This document shows, piece by piece, positions 11,745-23,414 of a stretch of DNA of 64,000 nucleotides. The first letter of the stretch is position 1. Each line of letters opens with the position of its first letter. The stretch is taken from positions 42,273 through 106,272 of the forward strand of contig JAYQKE010000006.1 of NCBI GenBank assembly GCA_038142525.1, in the 5' to 3' direction. The translations under genes and the position numbers were made by a program. This DNA is from Rickettsiales bacterium (lineage in GTDB: Bacteria; Pseudomonadota; Alphaproteobacteria; Rickettsiales; UBA1997). The notes beneath the pieces are model-generated. The model saw only the letters and a program-made list of their open reading frames with translations, did no database searches and had not been told where the DNA came from.

Positions 11745-12610
11745 ATGAAATTTAAATTTATATTTTTTATTACATTATTATCTTTTTACTTTAATTCACA
11801 TGCTAAAAGTGAGGGTAAAATATATTTTACTAAGAGCGAAAATAGAGAAATAAGCCAATGCAATGATTCACATGCTCTATTGGTATTTTCAGAAGAGGAT
11901 AATTCAAATATTCATGAAAAAGAAGCTGATAAAAAAATATATCCAGCATCGCTAGTAAAATTGATGACAGCTTATTTAACTTTTGATGCTATTGAAAAAA
12001 AGAATTATCATTGGATCAGCTTTTAACTGTTTCTCCTAGAGGTAATTTCACTTCCTATATCAATAAAATTACAACTTTACATTTGAAAATTGGTGACAAT
12101 ATCACTGTTAAGGATGCTTTATACGGCATGATCATTAAATCATTTAATGGTGCAGCAGTTACTTTGGCTGAAACAATCGCTGGTAATGAGTGGAAATTTG
12201 CTCAAATGATGAATGATAAGGCTCATCAAATTGGCATGTATAATACAAATTTTAGAAATGCTTCTGGCCTACATGATCCTAATCAATATACAACAGCTTA
12301 TGATTTAAAGAAATTAGTCATATCTATAAAAAATAAATTTCCTAAATATTACAAAATTTTTGCTATGAAAGAGATAGAATTATTAGATCAAAAATTTACT
12401 AGCCATAATAATGTTTTATTAACATATCCTGGAGCAGAGGGTATGAAAACTGGCTTTACTTCACTTGCAGGATTTAATTTAATCAGTGCTGCACATAAAA
12501 ATAACAATAGAATTTTTTCAATTTTACTGTCATGTGAATCTTCTGATATTAGAAATAAGGCAACAAAAGATTTATTAGATAATGCTTTTGCTAAATTGGA
12601 GAAAAGGTAA
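11745..12610 (+). CDS. D-alanyl-D-alanine carboxypeptidase (peptidase S11), frameshift near 12010
   Basis: Signal peptide; YPASLVKLMT (SxxK), SFNGAA (SxN), GMKTGFT (KTG). Confidence 0.9.
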
Positions 12611-12627
12611 AATAGTCATTCCTATAA

Positions 12628-13290
12628 TTGAATAATATGAAAAGAAAGAAGCAGAAGGAGGTTAAAGTTAAAAGTTGGTATTATGATCGATATGTTATGG
12701 TTCTAATACAAAGAAATATTTTATTATTTATGGTTATAGCATCACTTATTGCTATTGCCTTTGGTATGGTATTTGTTAAATATGTTACTGCTACCAAATC
12801 TTTAGAACCCTATGTTGTTGAAATTGAAGAAAAAACTGGTATAGCAACAGTTGTTGACACTATGTCCGCTAAAAAATTTACTGGTGACGAATTAACCAAA
12901 CAATATTTTATTAATCAATTTATCAATGCTTTTAAATCATATAATCCAAAAACTTATAATTCTGATCGTGAGTTAGTTAGATTATTGTCATCTTCTAAAT
13001 CTGATGTTTTTACCAAATATAAAGAACGTATTAATCCTAACCAGTTAGGACTAAATTCTTATATTAAAATAAAAATTAAATCTATTATTTTTACTTCTGA
13101 CAATAATGCTCAAATCAGAATCTTACAAGAATCTTTAATAGATGGCGAATCTTCTACTAAACATGAAATGATAACAATAGGTTTTAAATTTTTTCCAGAA
13201 ATGAATTTAACTTATCAAGAGAGGATGATTAATCCATTTGGCTTCCAGATTTTGGAATATTCTTCTATTGAGGAGAAAATAAATTATTAA
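12628..13290 (+). CDS. virB8: Type IV secretion VirB8 (rvhB8-like)
   Basis: SWYYDRY...QRNIL + TM + EPYVVEIEEKTG...ERMINPFGFQILEY, rickettsial VirB8 pattern. Confidence 0.9.
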   Translation: MNNMKRKKQKEVKVKSWYYDRYVMVLIQRNILLFMVIASLIAIAFGMVFVKYVTATKSLEPYVVEIEEKTGIATVVDTMSAKKFTGDELTKQYFINQFINAFKSYNPKTYNSDRELVRLLSSSKSDVFTKYKERINPNQLGLNSYIKIKIKSIIFTSDNNAQIRILQESLIDGESSTKHEMITIGFKFFPEMNLTYQERMINPFGFQILEYSSIEEKINY

Positions 13291-13423
13291 ATAAATGGTT
13301 ATTTTTAATATTATTTTAGCAAAATTCTCATTGTTATTTTTATTATTAATCCAAACATTAAAGGGCAAATATATTTTTAGAATAATTTCTGATAATCAAT
13401 CAAATTTTAAATTTAAGACAAGA

Positions 13424-14311
13424 ATGTTATCTCAAATACTTAAATTTAATTTTTTATTAAAATTGATTAGAAAGATTTTTGTAAAGAAAGTAGGCTATTT
13501 ATTGTTTATATTAACATTAAATTCCAATAGTGTTTTTTCTGAAGAAATACCAATTACAACTGATTCAAGAATTAAAACATTAGTTTATAATGTAAATGAA
13601 ATATATCAGATGAAGTTTCATTAAGGCTATCAATCATATATTGAATTTGCAGAAAATGAAAAGATAGAAACCATTTCCGTAGGAGAGTCTTTTGCTTGGA
13701 GATTTACCCCAATGGGTCAAAGATTATTTGTAAGACCTCTAGAAATTTCTGCTCATACCAATATGACAGTCATTACTAATAAGAGAACTTATCATTTTGA
13801 TATAAAATCTGGCGAATATGATGGCAAAGTGGATGAAGAATTGGTTTATGTTGTTAGATTTTACTATCCAGAAATTTTAGAAGAAGTTGTTAAAACTCCA
13901 GCAATCAAAGATCCTAAGCCAAAAGCATTACCAAAAAAACCAGCAGATAAACCAAAATTTGAGGGTTTGCCGACCAAAAGAAGTATTTATGAAAGGGTTG
14001 ATGTTCGATATAATGAATTATTAAAGCGCGGTTCTCAAAGAAATTTTGACTATAAAATGGTTGGTTTATCTTATGATCTTATGCCAAAAAAAATATTTAA
14101 TGATAAAAATAGAACATATTTCCAATTTAAAAATGATAATTTAGTTATACCGTCAATTTTTGCTGTGGATATGCTTGGTAATGAAAGACCTTTGAATTAT
14201 ATTATAGAAGATGGTTCTGTAGTTGTGGAAACTGTTGAATTACAATTTAGTTTAAGATTGGGTAATAGTTTATTATGCGTTTTCAATGATAGTATTGATA
14301 AGTTTAAATAG
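13424..14311 (+). CDS. virB9: Type IV secretion VirB9 (rvhB9-like); in-frame TAA at 13622-13624
   Basis: TDSRIKTLVYN, H*GYQSYIEF, TNMTVITNKRTYHFD, YVVRFYYP, TYFQF...PSIF; both ORFs in the same frame; start codon uncertain. Confidence 0.9.
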
Positions 14312-14314
14312 ATA

Positions 14315-14343
14315 TTGACGATAATAAATAAAAAAACTATGAT
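14315..14343 (+). promoter_or_regulatory. Sigma70-type promoter for cysTWA
   Basis: TTGACG-17 bp-TATGAT just upstream of cysT. Confidence 0.55.
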
Positions 14344-14370
14344 GGGGTTCGACTTTAATTTACTGACGGA

Positions 14371-15194
14371 TTGATGAATCTACGAAATTCTAAAAATATT
14401 ATTCCTGGTTTTAATATAACATTATCATTTACCTTAATTTATTTGATAATCATAGTTATATTACCTCTTTCTGGTTTATTTTTTGTAACTGCAAAATTAA
14501 GTTTTTCAGAATTTATTGCTAATGTTACTGAGCCTCAAGTAGTTGCGGCTTATAAGGTTAGTTTTTTTAGCTCCTTTATTGTCGCCATTATTAGTGGTGT
14601 TTTTGGTTTGATAATTGCTTGGGTTCTAGCTAAATATGATTTTTATGGTAAAAAAATATTAGATTATTTTGTTGATTTACCATTTGCAATTCCAACTGCA
14701 GTTTCTGGTATTACTTTGGTTGCGCTTTATGCTAAAAATGGCTGGATAGGATCTATTTTTGATAAATTTGGTATAGAGATAGCATTCACCAAAACTGGCA
14801 TTATTATTGCTTTAATTTTTGTTGGCTTTCCTTTTGTTGTTAGAACTGTTGAACCAATTATTAAGGATTTGGATCGCGAACTTGAAGAAGCTTCTGCTAG
14901 TTTAGGTTCAAATAAATTTCAAACTTTTTCAAAGTAACATTGCCAATAATTTTTCCAGCTCTTTTAACTGGTATAACTACTTCTTTTGCTAGAGCGCTTG
15001 GAGAATATGGATCTGTTATTTTTATAGCTGGCAATATGCCTATGATGACTGAAATTGTCCCTCTTGTTATTATCACAAAATTGGAACAATATGATTATGA
15101 TGGTGCTACTTCTATAGCTTTACTAATGCTTCTGATATCTTTTGTCATGCTTTTAGTAATAAATTATTTACAAAAATTGACTCAAAGAAGATGA
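14371..15194 (+). CDS. cysT: Sulfate ABC transporter permease CysT (frameshift near 14930)
   Basis: DLPFAIPTAVSGI, PFVVRTVEP, EEASASLG, FARALGEYGSVIFIAGN. Confidence 0.93.
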
Positions 15195-16030
15195 ATTTTT
15201 TTAGTAAAAATAAATTAATATTACCAACTGGTAGCTATGCTTTAACAAGATATTTTTTAATATTTTTAGCAATATTATTTCTGCTCTCATTTGTTTTTCT
15301 GCCAGTTATTGTGATATTCATCAATGCTTTTAAAGGTGGGGTTGATCTGTATATCAAATCCATATTAGATGATGAGGCAATTTGCAGACTATTAAGCTGA
15401 CCTTATTAGTCATGACCATATCTGTACCTTTAAATACAATATTTGGAATATGTGCTTCTTGGCTTATTGCTAAATATGATTTTTATGGTAAAAAAATACT
15501 TTTAGCCTTGATAGATTTGCCATTCTCAGTTTCTCCGGTAATTGCTGGTTTAATATATGTTTTGTTATTTGGTTCTTATAATGCTTTTGGATCTTGGTTA
15601 ATAGAAAATGATCTGGATATTATTTTTGCTGTTCCTGGAATTGTTATTGCTACGATATTTGTTACTTTTCCCTTTATTGCCAAAGAATTAATTCCTTTAA
15701 TGGAAACAAGGCTCGTCAGAAGAAGAAGTCGCTATTAGTCTTGGTGCTGGAGGATTTAAAACATTTATGTTTGTAACATTGCCCAATATTAAGTGGGCAT
15801 TATTATATGGTGTTTTACTTTGCAATGCTAGGGCTATGGGAGAGTTTGGCGCTGTATCGGTAGTTTCTGGCCATATTAAGGGTTTAACAAATACAATTCC
15901 TCTCCATGTTGAAATATTATATAATGAATATAATTTTGTTGTCGCCTTCGCTGTGGCATCTATACTCACTGTGATGGCTTTATTTACATTACTATTAAAA
16001 TCTGTAATAGAAGGTAAAATACATAAATAA
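15191..16030 (+). CDS. cysW: Sulfate ABC transporter permease CysW (two frameshifts)
   Basis: [47 protein letters not shown]. Confidence 0.93.
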
Positions 16031-16043
16031 TACTAAAAAATTA

Positions 16044-17237
16044 ATGGCTATAAAAGTTCAGGAAATAAATAAATCTTTTAGTGGAATCAGGATTCTAAAA
16101 GATATAAATTTAGATATTGGTTCGGGTGAGTTAATTGCTTTGATTGGTCCATCAGGTTCAGGAAAAACAACTTTGCTTAGAATTATTGCTGGTTTAGAAT
16201 TTGCAAATTCTGGAAATGTTTTTCTTGGTAATGAAAATGTCAATAATGTTCATATTAAGGATCGAGATGTTGGTTTTGTCTTTCAAAATTATGCTCTATT
16301 TAAAAATATGAATGTCTTTGATAATATTGCTTTTGGTCTTAAGGTTGGTAAAAGAAAAAAAATATATAATAAGGATAAAATCAAAGAAGAAGTAGATAAA
16401 TTATTGGAGTTAATTCGTTTAAAGCATCTTGCTCATCGATATCCTTCAGAATTATCTGGTGGCCAAAGACAGAGAGTTGCTCTAGCAAGGTCGCTTGCAA
16501 TTAAACCGAAATATTTATTATTAGATGAGCCTTTTGGCGCTCTTGATGCTAAAGTTAGAAAAGAACTTAGAACTTGGCTTCGCAGATTACATAATGAATC
16601 TCATATTACTACTATATTTGTTACCCATGATCAGGAGGAGGCGATGGAAGTTGCTGATAAAATAGTAGTTATGGGTGAGGGTAGGATACAGCAAATCGGA
16701 AATTCTGGTGAAATTTATCACGATCCCAATAATATGTTTGTCTATAATTTCTTAGGTGAATATAATGAATTTGCTGGTTTTAAGGATGAAGAAGGTAATG
16801 TGCATTTATCCACAACTGACAAGGTTAATTTTAGTCAAGAATTTGCTAGAAAAATACATCCAAGAAATTGGTTAAATAAATATGTTTCGGTTAATTCAAA
16901 GATTATCGCTAAAAAAATAGGGTTAAAGGCAGTTGAAAATAAGGATGATGTTAAAAAGGAAATTAAACGTAGTAAGAAGGAAAATAGTAATAATGTTATA
17001 ATATTTGCCAGGCCTCATGAGATGGAGATAAGTAGAAAAAGAGAATTTGAAGAATCTATAGAATCTGAATTATCTCACATTAATCCAGCAGGTTTTTCCG
17101 TTAAGTTAGAATTTCAGGCAAAAAATATTTTTAAATTAATCCAAGTTGAGATTACTCATGAATTTGCCGAGGAGTTAAATTTGAAGATAGGGGAAGTTTT
17201 TTATATTAGACCTAAAAAATTAAGAATTTTTGAATAA
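16044..17237 (+). CDS. cysA: Sulfate ABC transporter ATP-binding protein CysA
   Basis: GPSGSGKT, LSGGQRQRVALAR, DEPFGALDAKVRKELR; C-terminal TOBE-like region. Confidence 0.93.
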   Translation: MAIKVQEINKSFSGIRILKDINLDIGSGELIALIGPSGSGKTTLLRIIAGLEFANSGNVFLGNENVNNVHIKDRDVGFVFQNYALFKNMNVFDNIAFGLKVGKRKKIYNKDKIKEEVDKLLELIRLKHLAHRYPSELSGGQRQRVALARSLAIKPKYLLLDEPFGALDAKVRKELRTWLRRLHNESHITTIFVTHDQEEAMEVADKIVVMGEGRIQQIGNSGEIYHDPNNMFVYNFLGEYNEFAGFKDEEGNVHLSTTDKVNFSQEFARKIHPRNWLNKYVSVNSKIIAKKIGLKAVENKDDVKKEIKRSKKENSNNVIIFARPHEMEISRKREFEESIESELSHINPAGFSVKLEFQAKNIFKLIQVEITHEFAEELNLKIGEVFYIRPKKLRIFE

Positions 17238-18064
17238 AATGTCACAAATTGATTATATTAGGATGTCTGGTGCTGGTAATATTTTTACCATTATAGATGT
17301 TAGAAAAGAAAAATATGAATTTTTTAAAAAACAAATTAAAGAAATTGCTAATCAAGATCAAACAAAATGTGATCAGCTGATATTAATTCACCCATCTCTT
17401 CGGGCAGATTGTATGATTGAAATTTTTAATAATGATGCTTCAAAAGTTGGGGCTTGTGGTAACGCCTCTCGTTGTATTGCCTATTTAATGATGGAAGAGT
17501 TCGGTAAGAGCAATATTTCAATTGAAACGGAATGCGATATTTTAGAATGTAAAAAAAAGGATGGTAAAATTGAAGTAAATATGGGTATTCCTAGATTTAA
17601 CTGGCGTCAAATACCTTTAAAAAAAAGAAGTTAAATCTAATAAATTTCGTATCAAACATCCTTTAATAGAGGATTGGGAATTTGGAGTTGTAAATATAGG
17701 GAATCCTCATTTGGTTACTTTTATTGATCATGATATTGAGGATGAAGTATTCTTTGAGGTCGGTCCTTTTTTAGAAAACCACCCTTTATTTCCTGATAAA
17801 ATTAATGTTGAATTTGCTCGTATCATTGGACCAAATCATATTAAAGTAAGAGTTTGGGAAAGAGGTGCTGGAGAAACTAAAGCCTGTGGTACTGGAGCTT
17901 GCGCTGTTGTCGCTATAGCAATTAAGAGATCTTTGATTGATTTTTCAAAAAAAATAACCATATCTTTTGCAGGCGGTGATATATATGTAAAATCAAATGT
18001 TACTGGTTCTTTGAATATGATAGGTGATTATGAATATATGGGCTCTGGATCTCTAAAAAACTAA
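17230..18064 (+). CDS. dapF: Diaminopimelate epimerase (frameshift at poly-A near 17625)
   Basis: MSGAGNIF, ACGNASRC, GNPH, RVWERGAGETKACGTGACA. Confidence 0.93.
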
Positions 18065-18138
18065 AATCAATTATCAAAATTTCTTCTAAAAAATAATTCA
18101 AAAATTCTAATTGGTACAATAAGGGATAAATCTAGATA

Positions 18139-19078
18139 ATGTCTGAAATATTAAATATCATTTTTGCTATTGCTCCAATTTTTATAATTATAATTTTTGG
18201 CTATTCTTTAAGAAAAACTGGAAAGATTCCAAAGGAATTTTGGAGCAATAGTGATTTTTTGATCTATTGGGTTTTTATGCCCGCACTTCTTTTTACTAAA
18301 ATATCTCAGGCAGATTTAGTTTCTCATGCAATTTTCGATTTTTCCATTACCCTTTCTTTAATATTTATTTTTACCTTAATTTATGCAATATTTTCCTTAA
18401 AATCATTCAATTTATCAAAAAATAGTGAATTACCAATGATTCAAGGTAGTTGTAGAATTAATACTGTTGTTGTTCTTGCTATTGCTAGTGGCTTATATGG
18501 AGCAGATGGTTTAGAAATTGCAGTTATTGGAGCGAGCAATTTTTGTACCTTTAATTAATATCTCTATGCCCATTTTTTTATTATTTATCATAAGGGATGG
18601 CAAGATAGATCTTTTGCAAAGAATTAAAAATGATATACTTACTAATCCAATAATTTTGAGTATGTTTATAGGTCTTGTCTTTAATTATTACGACATTAAA
18701 AATGTTCCAATTTTACATCCATCACTAACCATTTTATCAAATACTGCCTTACCAATAATGCTTTTATCACTTGGCGCTAGTTTGAAAATAAAAGAAATGA
18801 AGGGTCAATTTTCTCCAATATTTATTTCTGTTATTGGAAAATTAATTTTGGCTCCAATAGTTACGATAATTTTATGTTATTTAATTCAGTTACCAAATAA
18901 TTTAATTCAAATTGCTGTTATTTATGGTTCTGTACCAACAGGTTTAATAGTTTATAGCTTAGTAAAAAAAGCCAATGGTGATTACAAATTAGCATCAGCA
19001 ATAGTTACTATTCAAATTTTATTGTCATTTATAACTATGCCAGTTTTTATTATATTATCTCAATTTATTTTTAATTGA
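18139..19078 (+). CDS. AEC (auxin efflux carrier) family transporter (frameshift near 18530)
   Basis: About 10 TM segments; IYWVFMPALLF, NPIILS, ALPIMLLSLGA, KLILAP. Confidence 0.85.
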
Positions 19079-20467
19079 AAAAAATATTATTCATTGCCGA
19101 AAAAACATTATTAAATTCTTCAATTGCTTATAGTAATGATGTTAATTTATTATTATCTTCATTAAAAAGAGATGACGCTATAATTTATATAACAAATCCA
19201 GAAGATTTAATCCTATCTATAAATAAAGAATTTATTAATTGTCAGATTATTAAAATTAATGATTGGCAAAAAATTAATAATATAAAAAATGATTCCTATT
19301 TCAAATCAGCCCTTTTTATGTTATTTTCTTTATCAATTCCAAAGGAGTTAAAATTTGCTTCAGCGCTAAATAAATATATATCAATCGAAGAAGATAAAAA
19401 AATTAAAAAATCTCAAATTGATATTATTATTGATAGATCAGAGCCAATATCCAGAACTGATCAATATTACAGGGCGACAAAGAAATTATTTAATTTAAAT
19501 AATAATTATTTTGATAATCCAATTTTTAGGGAAAATGAAGGAGATAAGGAAATTGTTGTTAAAATTGATCAGGAATTAAGTGATAAGAAACAAAAAACTC
19601 TTGGATTTGAAACAATAAATTTAGATTTTAGTAATGACAATAGGGCTTTAACTTATGAAAATCGACATAAATTATTACGAATATTTCAAACTTTAGATGA
19701 AGATGATGATAATCTTTCTCAGATAACAGATAAAATATTAAGAAATTTTGGCAATTTAGATAATTCAGAGAAATTAGCCATTATTAATATAATAAAGAAA
19801 ATATATCATTGTCAGATTAATTTTGAATATTTTTGTTTAAAGCCTTCAAATTGGTATGGTGGTGTGGCGATTGAATTGCTAGGAAATAAAAAAAAGAAAA
19901 TTACCGAACAATATTCTCAGATAAAATTATTTCATTTAATATCAAAGATAAATCATAATATTTTACTAGATGTTCAAAAAAATATTTCTGATCCAAATTT
20001 AATTCTTAAAAATGCTATTTTAGATGGCGTAATTATTCAGGAACAGGTTTTATATCCTGAATTTGGTGATTTAAGAATTTTTACCTCTTTTGGTAAAATT
20101 CAAGGTCTTATATCAAGAGTTCCAGCGAAAAACGAAACTATAGCTAATATGGCGAAGAGGTGGCCATGCCGAGATGTTTATTAATTTAGTTAATAAAAAT
20201 ATACAAGAGATAGATATTTTGGAAAAGGAATTGCGAAAATTGGGTTATGATAAAATTTTTGATGCCATAAAAGCACTTCTTCAAAATGTCAAAAATTCTT
20301 TAGCAACTAATATAGGTCAGAATATTAAGAAATCTGCTTTTATTGGCTTTGATGCGCTTTTAGATGAAAAAGATGGTAAAAAATATTTTGCCTGTAATGA
20401 AATCAATCTATCTTCAGCAATGGGACAAAATCAAATTGAAATTGCTAATTTATTAGAAGATTTATGA
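19075..20467 (+). CDS. Divergent glutathione-synthetase(GshB)/RimK-like ATP-grasp protein (frameshift near 20158; possible in-frame tail to 20728)
   Basis: DIIIDRSEP, LKPSNWYGG, IQEQV...GDLRI, SRVP...ANMAK-GG, FIGFD, NEINLSS follow the GshB motif order. Confidence 0.65.
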
Positions 20468-20720
20468 AAAAATACAAATTTTTGTCCTATATTAGGTGAT
20501 ATCATCGGTAAAATAGAGATAAGTGAAGATATCCCCTTTATGTTAGAAAAATTTGATAAATTTATCTCTCCATATGTAAAATTTCTTATCTTTCAGGAGT
20601 AAATAGAGAATTTATCTGATGAGTTGAAATTTAATCTAATTGCAGAATTGCATTTGCAAATTAGTAATATAAATTTTAATATCATTAACATCTCCAATTA
20701 TACAATTAATAAAATTATTA

Positions 20721-22056
20721 ATGGCTAATTTTTCATTACCATTTACTAAAAAACCTGATTTATCAAAAGTAATATTATATATTAATGCCAGGATTTTTGA
20801 TCCAGAAAGTGGTTTTGATGATATTGGCTATCTTGTAACAAAAGGTAGTAAAATAGCCGATTTTAGGGAGGGTGAGCCTGATCTTGATAAGATCTCTTGC
20901 GATGAAATTATAGATTGTCAAAATCATCTTCTTTGTCCAGCCTTAATTGATATTCAAGTTCATTTTCGTGATCCAGGTCAAACTCATAAGGAAGATTTAA
21001 CTAGCGGTAGTAAGTCAGCTGTTGCTGGTGGCATTGCAACTGTTGTTTGTCAGCCTAATACTTCTCCAGTTTTAGATTCTCCTAAAATCCTTAATTCTCT
21101 TTTCCAAAAAGCTAAAAAACAGGCCTATTGTAATGTAGAAACTTACGTTCGCTATTACTAAAAATATGGCAGGTCAGGAAATGACTGATATGAAAAAACT
21201 TAAAGAGGCCGGAGCAATTGGTTTTACTGATGATGGTTTACCAGTGATGAATGCCCATCTTATGAGGCTTGCTATGGAATTTTCTGCTCAAGAAAATGTT
21301 CCAATTGCACAACATGCCGAGGATTTAAATCTAAGCAATAAGGGCTGTATTAATGAGGGTGAAGTTTCTAAAAAATTAAAGGTGGGAGGTATTCCTAATA
21401 TTTCAGAATCAGTCATTGTTGCCCGTGATTTACATATTTTAGAAAAAACAGGTGGTCATTATCATCTATTACATATTTCTACAAAAGAAGCTTTAGAAGA
21501 AATTAGAAGGGCAAAAAAGAAGGGTCTCAATGCTACTGTTGAAATTTGTCCACATCATTTTACCTTAACTGATGAAGAGATTTTGAAAGAGGGCACTAAT
21601 GCTAAAATGAATCCGCCACTTAGAAGTGCCAAAGATCGTGATGAATTAATTAAGGCTTTGCAAGATGGTACAATTGATGCCATTACAACAGATCATGCTC
21701 CTCATGATCTTGAATCAAAAGATAAGGAATTACCTGAAGTCGCTTTTGGTATTGTTGGGGTTGAAACATTATTGCCATTATCATTAGAGCTTTATCATAA
21801 AAAAATTATTTCCTTGCGTGATTTATTGGCAAAAATGACCTATAAACCAGCAGATATTATTAATATCGAATCTGGGAGAATTAAAAAAGAGGCTAAAGCT
21901 GATTTAATATTAATTGATCTGGAGCAAGAATGGGTCATTGATAAGGAAAAATTTTATAGTAAGTCTAAGAACTCGCCTTTTCATGGTAGAAAAGTAAAGG
22001 GTAAGGTTTTAAAGACTATTATTAGCGGTCATATTGTATATGATTGCCAATTATAA
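20721..22056 (+). CDS. pyrC: Dihydroorotase (frameshift near 21150)
   Basis: DIQVHFRDPG, GFTDDG, QHAED, AKMNPPLR, TDHAPH, SKSKNSPF. Confidence 0.92.
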
Positions 22057-22106
22057 TATCATGTTAGATATGATATTTAGTAATTAATTAATTAAATAAA
22101 TAAATT

Positions 22107-22361
22107 ATGAATAAAAAAGCAAAATTTTTAACTTTAATGGCTACTGGTATCACAATGGTTGCAACTGCTGAATCGGCATTAGCTAAAAAGAAAATGGAAA
22201 AATGCTATGGTGTTGTTAAAGCCGAAAAAAATGATTGTGGTGACAAGTTAGGTAAACATTCATGCGCTGGTCAAGCAACTATGGATGGCGATAAGAATGA
22301 GTGGGTTTATGTACCAAAAGGACTATGTAATAAACTAGTCGGCGGAGAATTAGATTCTTAA
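22107..22361 (+). CDS. DUF2282 / BufA1-type bufferin precursor (signal peptide + 4 Cys)
   Basis: Sec signal ending ESALA; EKCYGVVKAEKNDC...HSCAGQ...WVYVPKGLCNKLVGG. Confidence 0.9.
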   Translation: MNKKAKFLTLMATGITMVATAESALAKKKMEKCYGVVKAEKNDCGDKLGKHSCAGQATMDGDKNEWVYVPKGLCNKLVGGELDS

Positions 22362-22428
22362 TTAATAACTTTTTTATTGGGAGTTATCTTGCGTTAAAAT
22401 TTTAGCCCGTTATTACTCCCTCTATTAA

Positions 22429-22504
22429 GGAGCCTCTGAAAAACTAAAAAAGGGTCAAAAAGATCAATTTTGCTAAATAAATATTTTAGTTTTTCAGAGG
22501 TTCC
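22429..22504. mobile_element. IS5-family-type MITE, 76 bp
   Basis: GGAGCCTCTGAAAAACTAAAA...TTTTAGTTTTTCAGAGGTTCC; TTAA on both flanks. Confidence 0.85.
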
Positions 22505-22570
22505 TTAAATACCACTTCCTATCTTTAAAGAGGCTTTTGCTATAGGTAAATTTATTGACATTAATCTTCC

Positions 22571-23404
22571 TTGAAAAAAACAAACTTACAAAATAATCAA
22601 TTATTTGGTCTAGGGCTAAGACAGATTCATCATTCCTATATCCTTAAAAATAAACCAAAAATTGATTTTTTTGAAATTCATAGTGAAAATTTTATAGCAA
22701 AAGGCGGTCCTTCTATCAATTTTTTAGAGCAAATAGCAGAAATTTATCCCCTGAGTTTTCACTGTGTCGGATTATCTTTAGGCTCTAAATCTGGTATAGA
22801 AAAAGAACATTTAGAAAATATAAAATTTCTTATAGATAAATTTCAGCCCTTTTTAATATCCGATCATCTCTCTTGGAGTTCTTCAAATTTTGGAACATCC
22901 AATGATCTTTTACCAATTCCTTATAATAAAGAATCTCTTGCAGTTTTTATTGATAATATAAAGCGGGTCCAAGATGTTTTTGGTAGAAATATTTTAATTG
23001 AAAATCCAACGGCTTATCTTGAATTTGAAGATTCTGACATGACAGAATTTGAATTTTTAAATAAAATAGCAGAAAAATCTGAATGTCAATTATTGTTAGA
23101 TATTAATAATATCTTCGTTACTTCTAAAAATTTTAATTTAAATCCAATATCCTATCTTGATAATATTGATCTAAATAAAGTTAAAGAAATTCATTTAGCA
23201 GGTCATGTTATTTGCAAAATGGGTCAAGAAGAAATAAGGATTGATACTCATAGTAGGAAAATTTCTCAGGAAGTGTTAGATTTATATCAATATTTTATTA
23301 GAAAAAATAATTTAAATATCCCAACTTTAATTGAGTGGGATGAGGATATCCCAGAATTTAACATTTTGAAACAAGAGTTAAAAATAGTAAAAGAGGTATC
23401 GTAA
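22571..23404 (+). CDS. DUF692 multinuclear non-heme iron oxidase (MNIO, BufB-type)
   Basis: GLGLR..H, FFEIHSENF, FHCVGLSLG, SDHLSW, DLLPIPY, ILIENP, LLLDINN, EIHLAGH, IDTH, TLIEWD. Confidence 0.93.
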   Translation: MKKTNLQNNQLFGLGLRQIHHSYILKNKPKIDFFEIHSENFIAKGGPSINFLEQIAEIYPLSFHCVGLSLGSKSGIEKEHLENIKFLIDKFQPFLISDHLSWSSSNFGTSNDLLPIPYNKESLAVFIDNIKRVQDVFGRNILIENPTAYLEFEDSDMTEFEFLNKIAEKSECQLLLDINNIFVTSKNFNLNPISYLDNIDLNKVKEIHLAGHVICKMGQEEIRIDTHSRKISQEVLDLYQYFIRKNNLNIPTLIEWDEDIPEFNILKQELKIVKEVS

Positions 23405-23414
23405 ATAATAGATA

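Noticed and set aside
13295-13423. Long N-terminal extension of VirB9
   Set aside because: Low-complexity AT-rich frame; a signal-peptide-like segment only appears further downstream, so a later start is more likely
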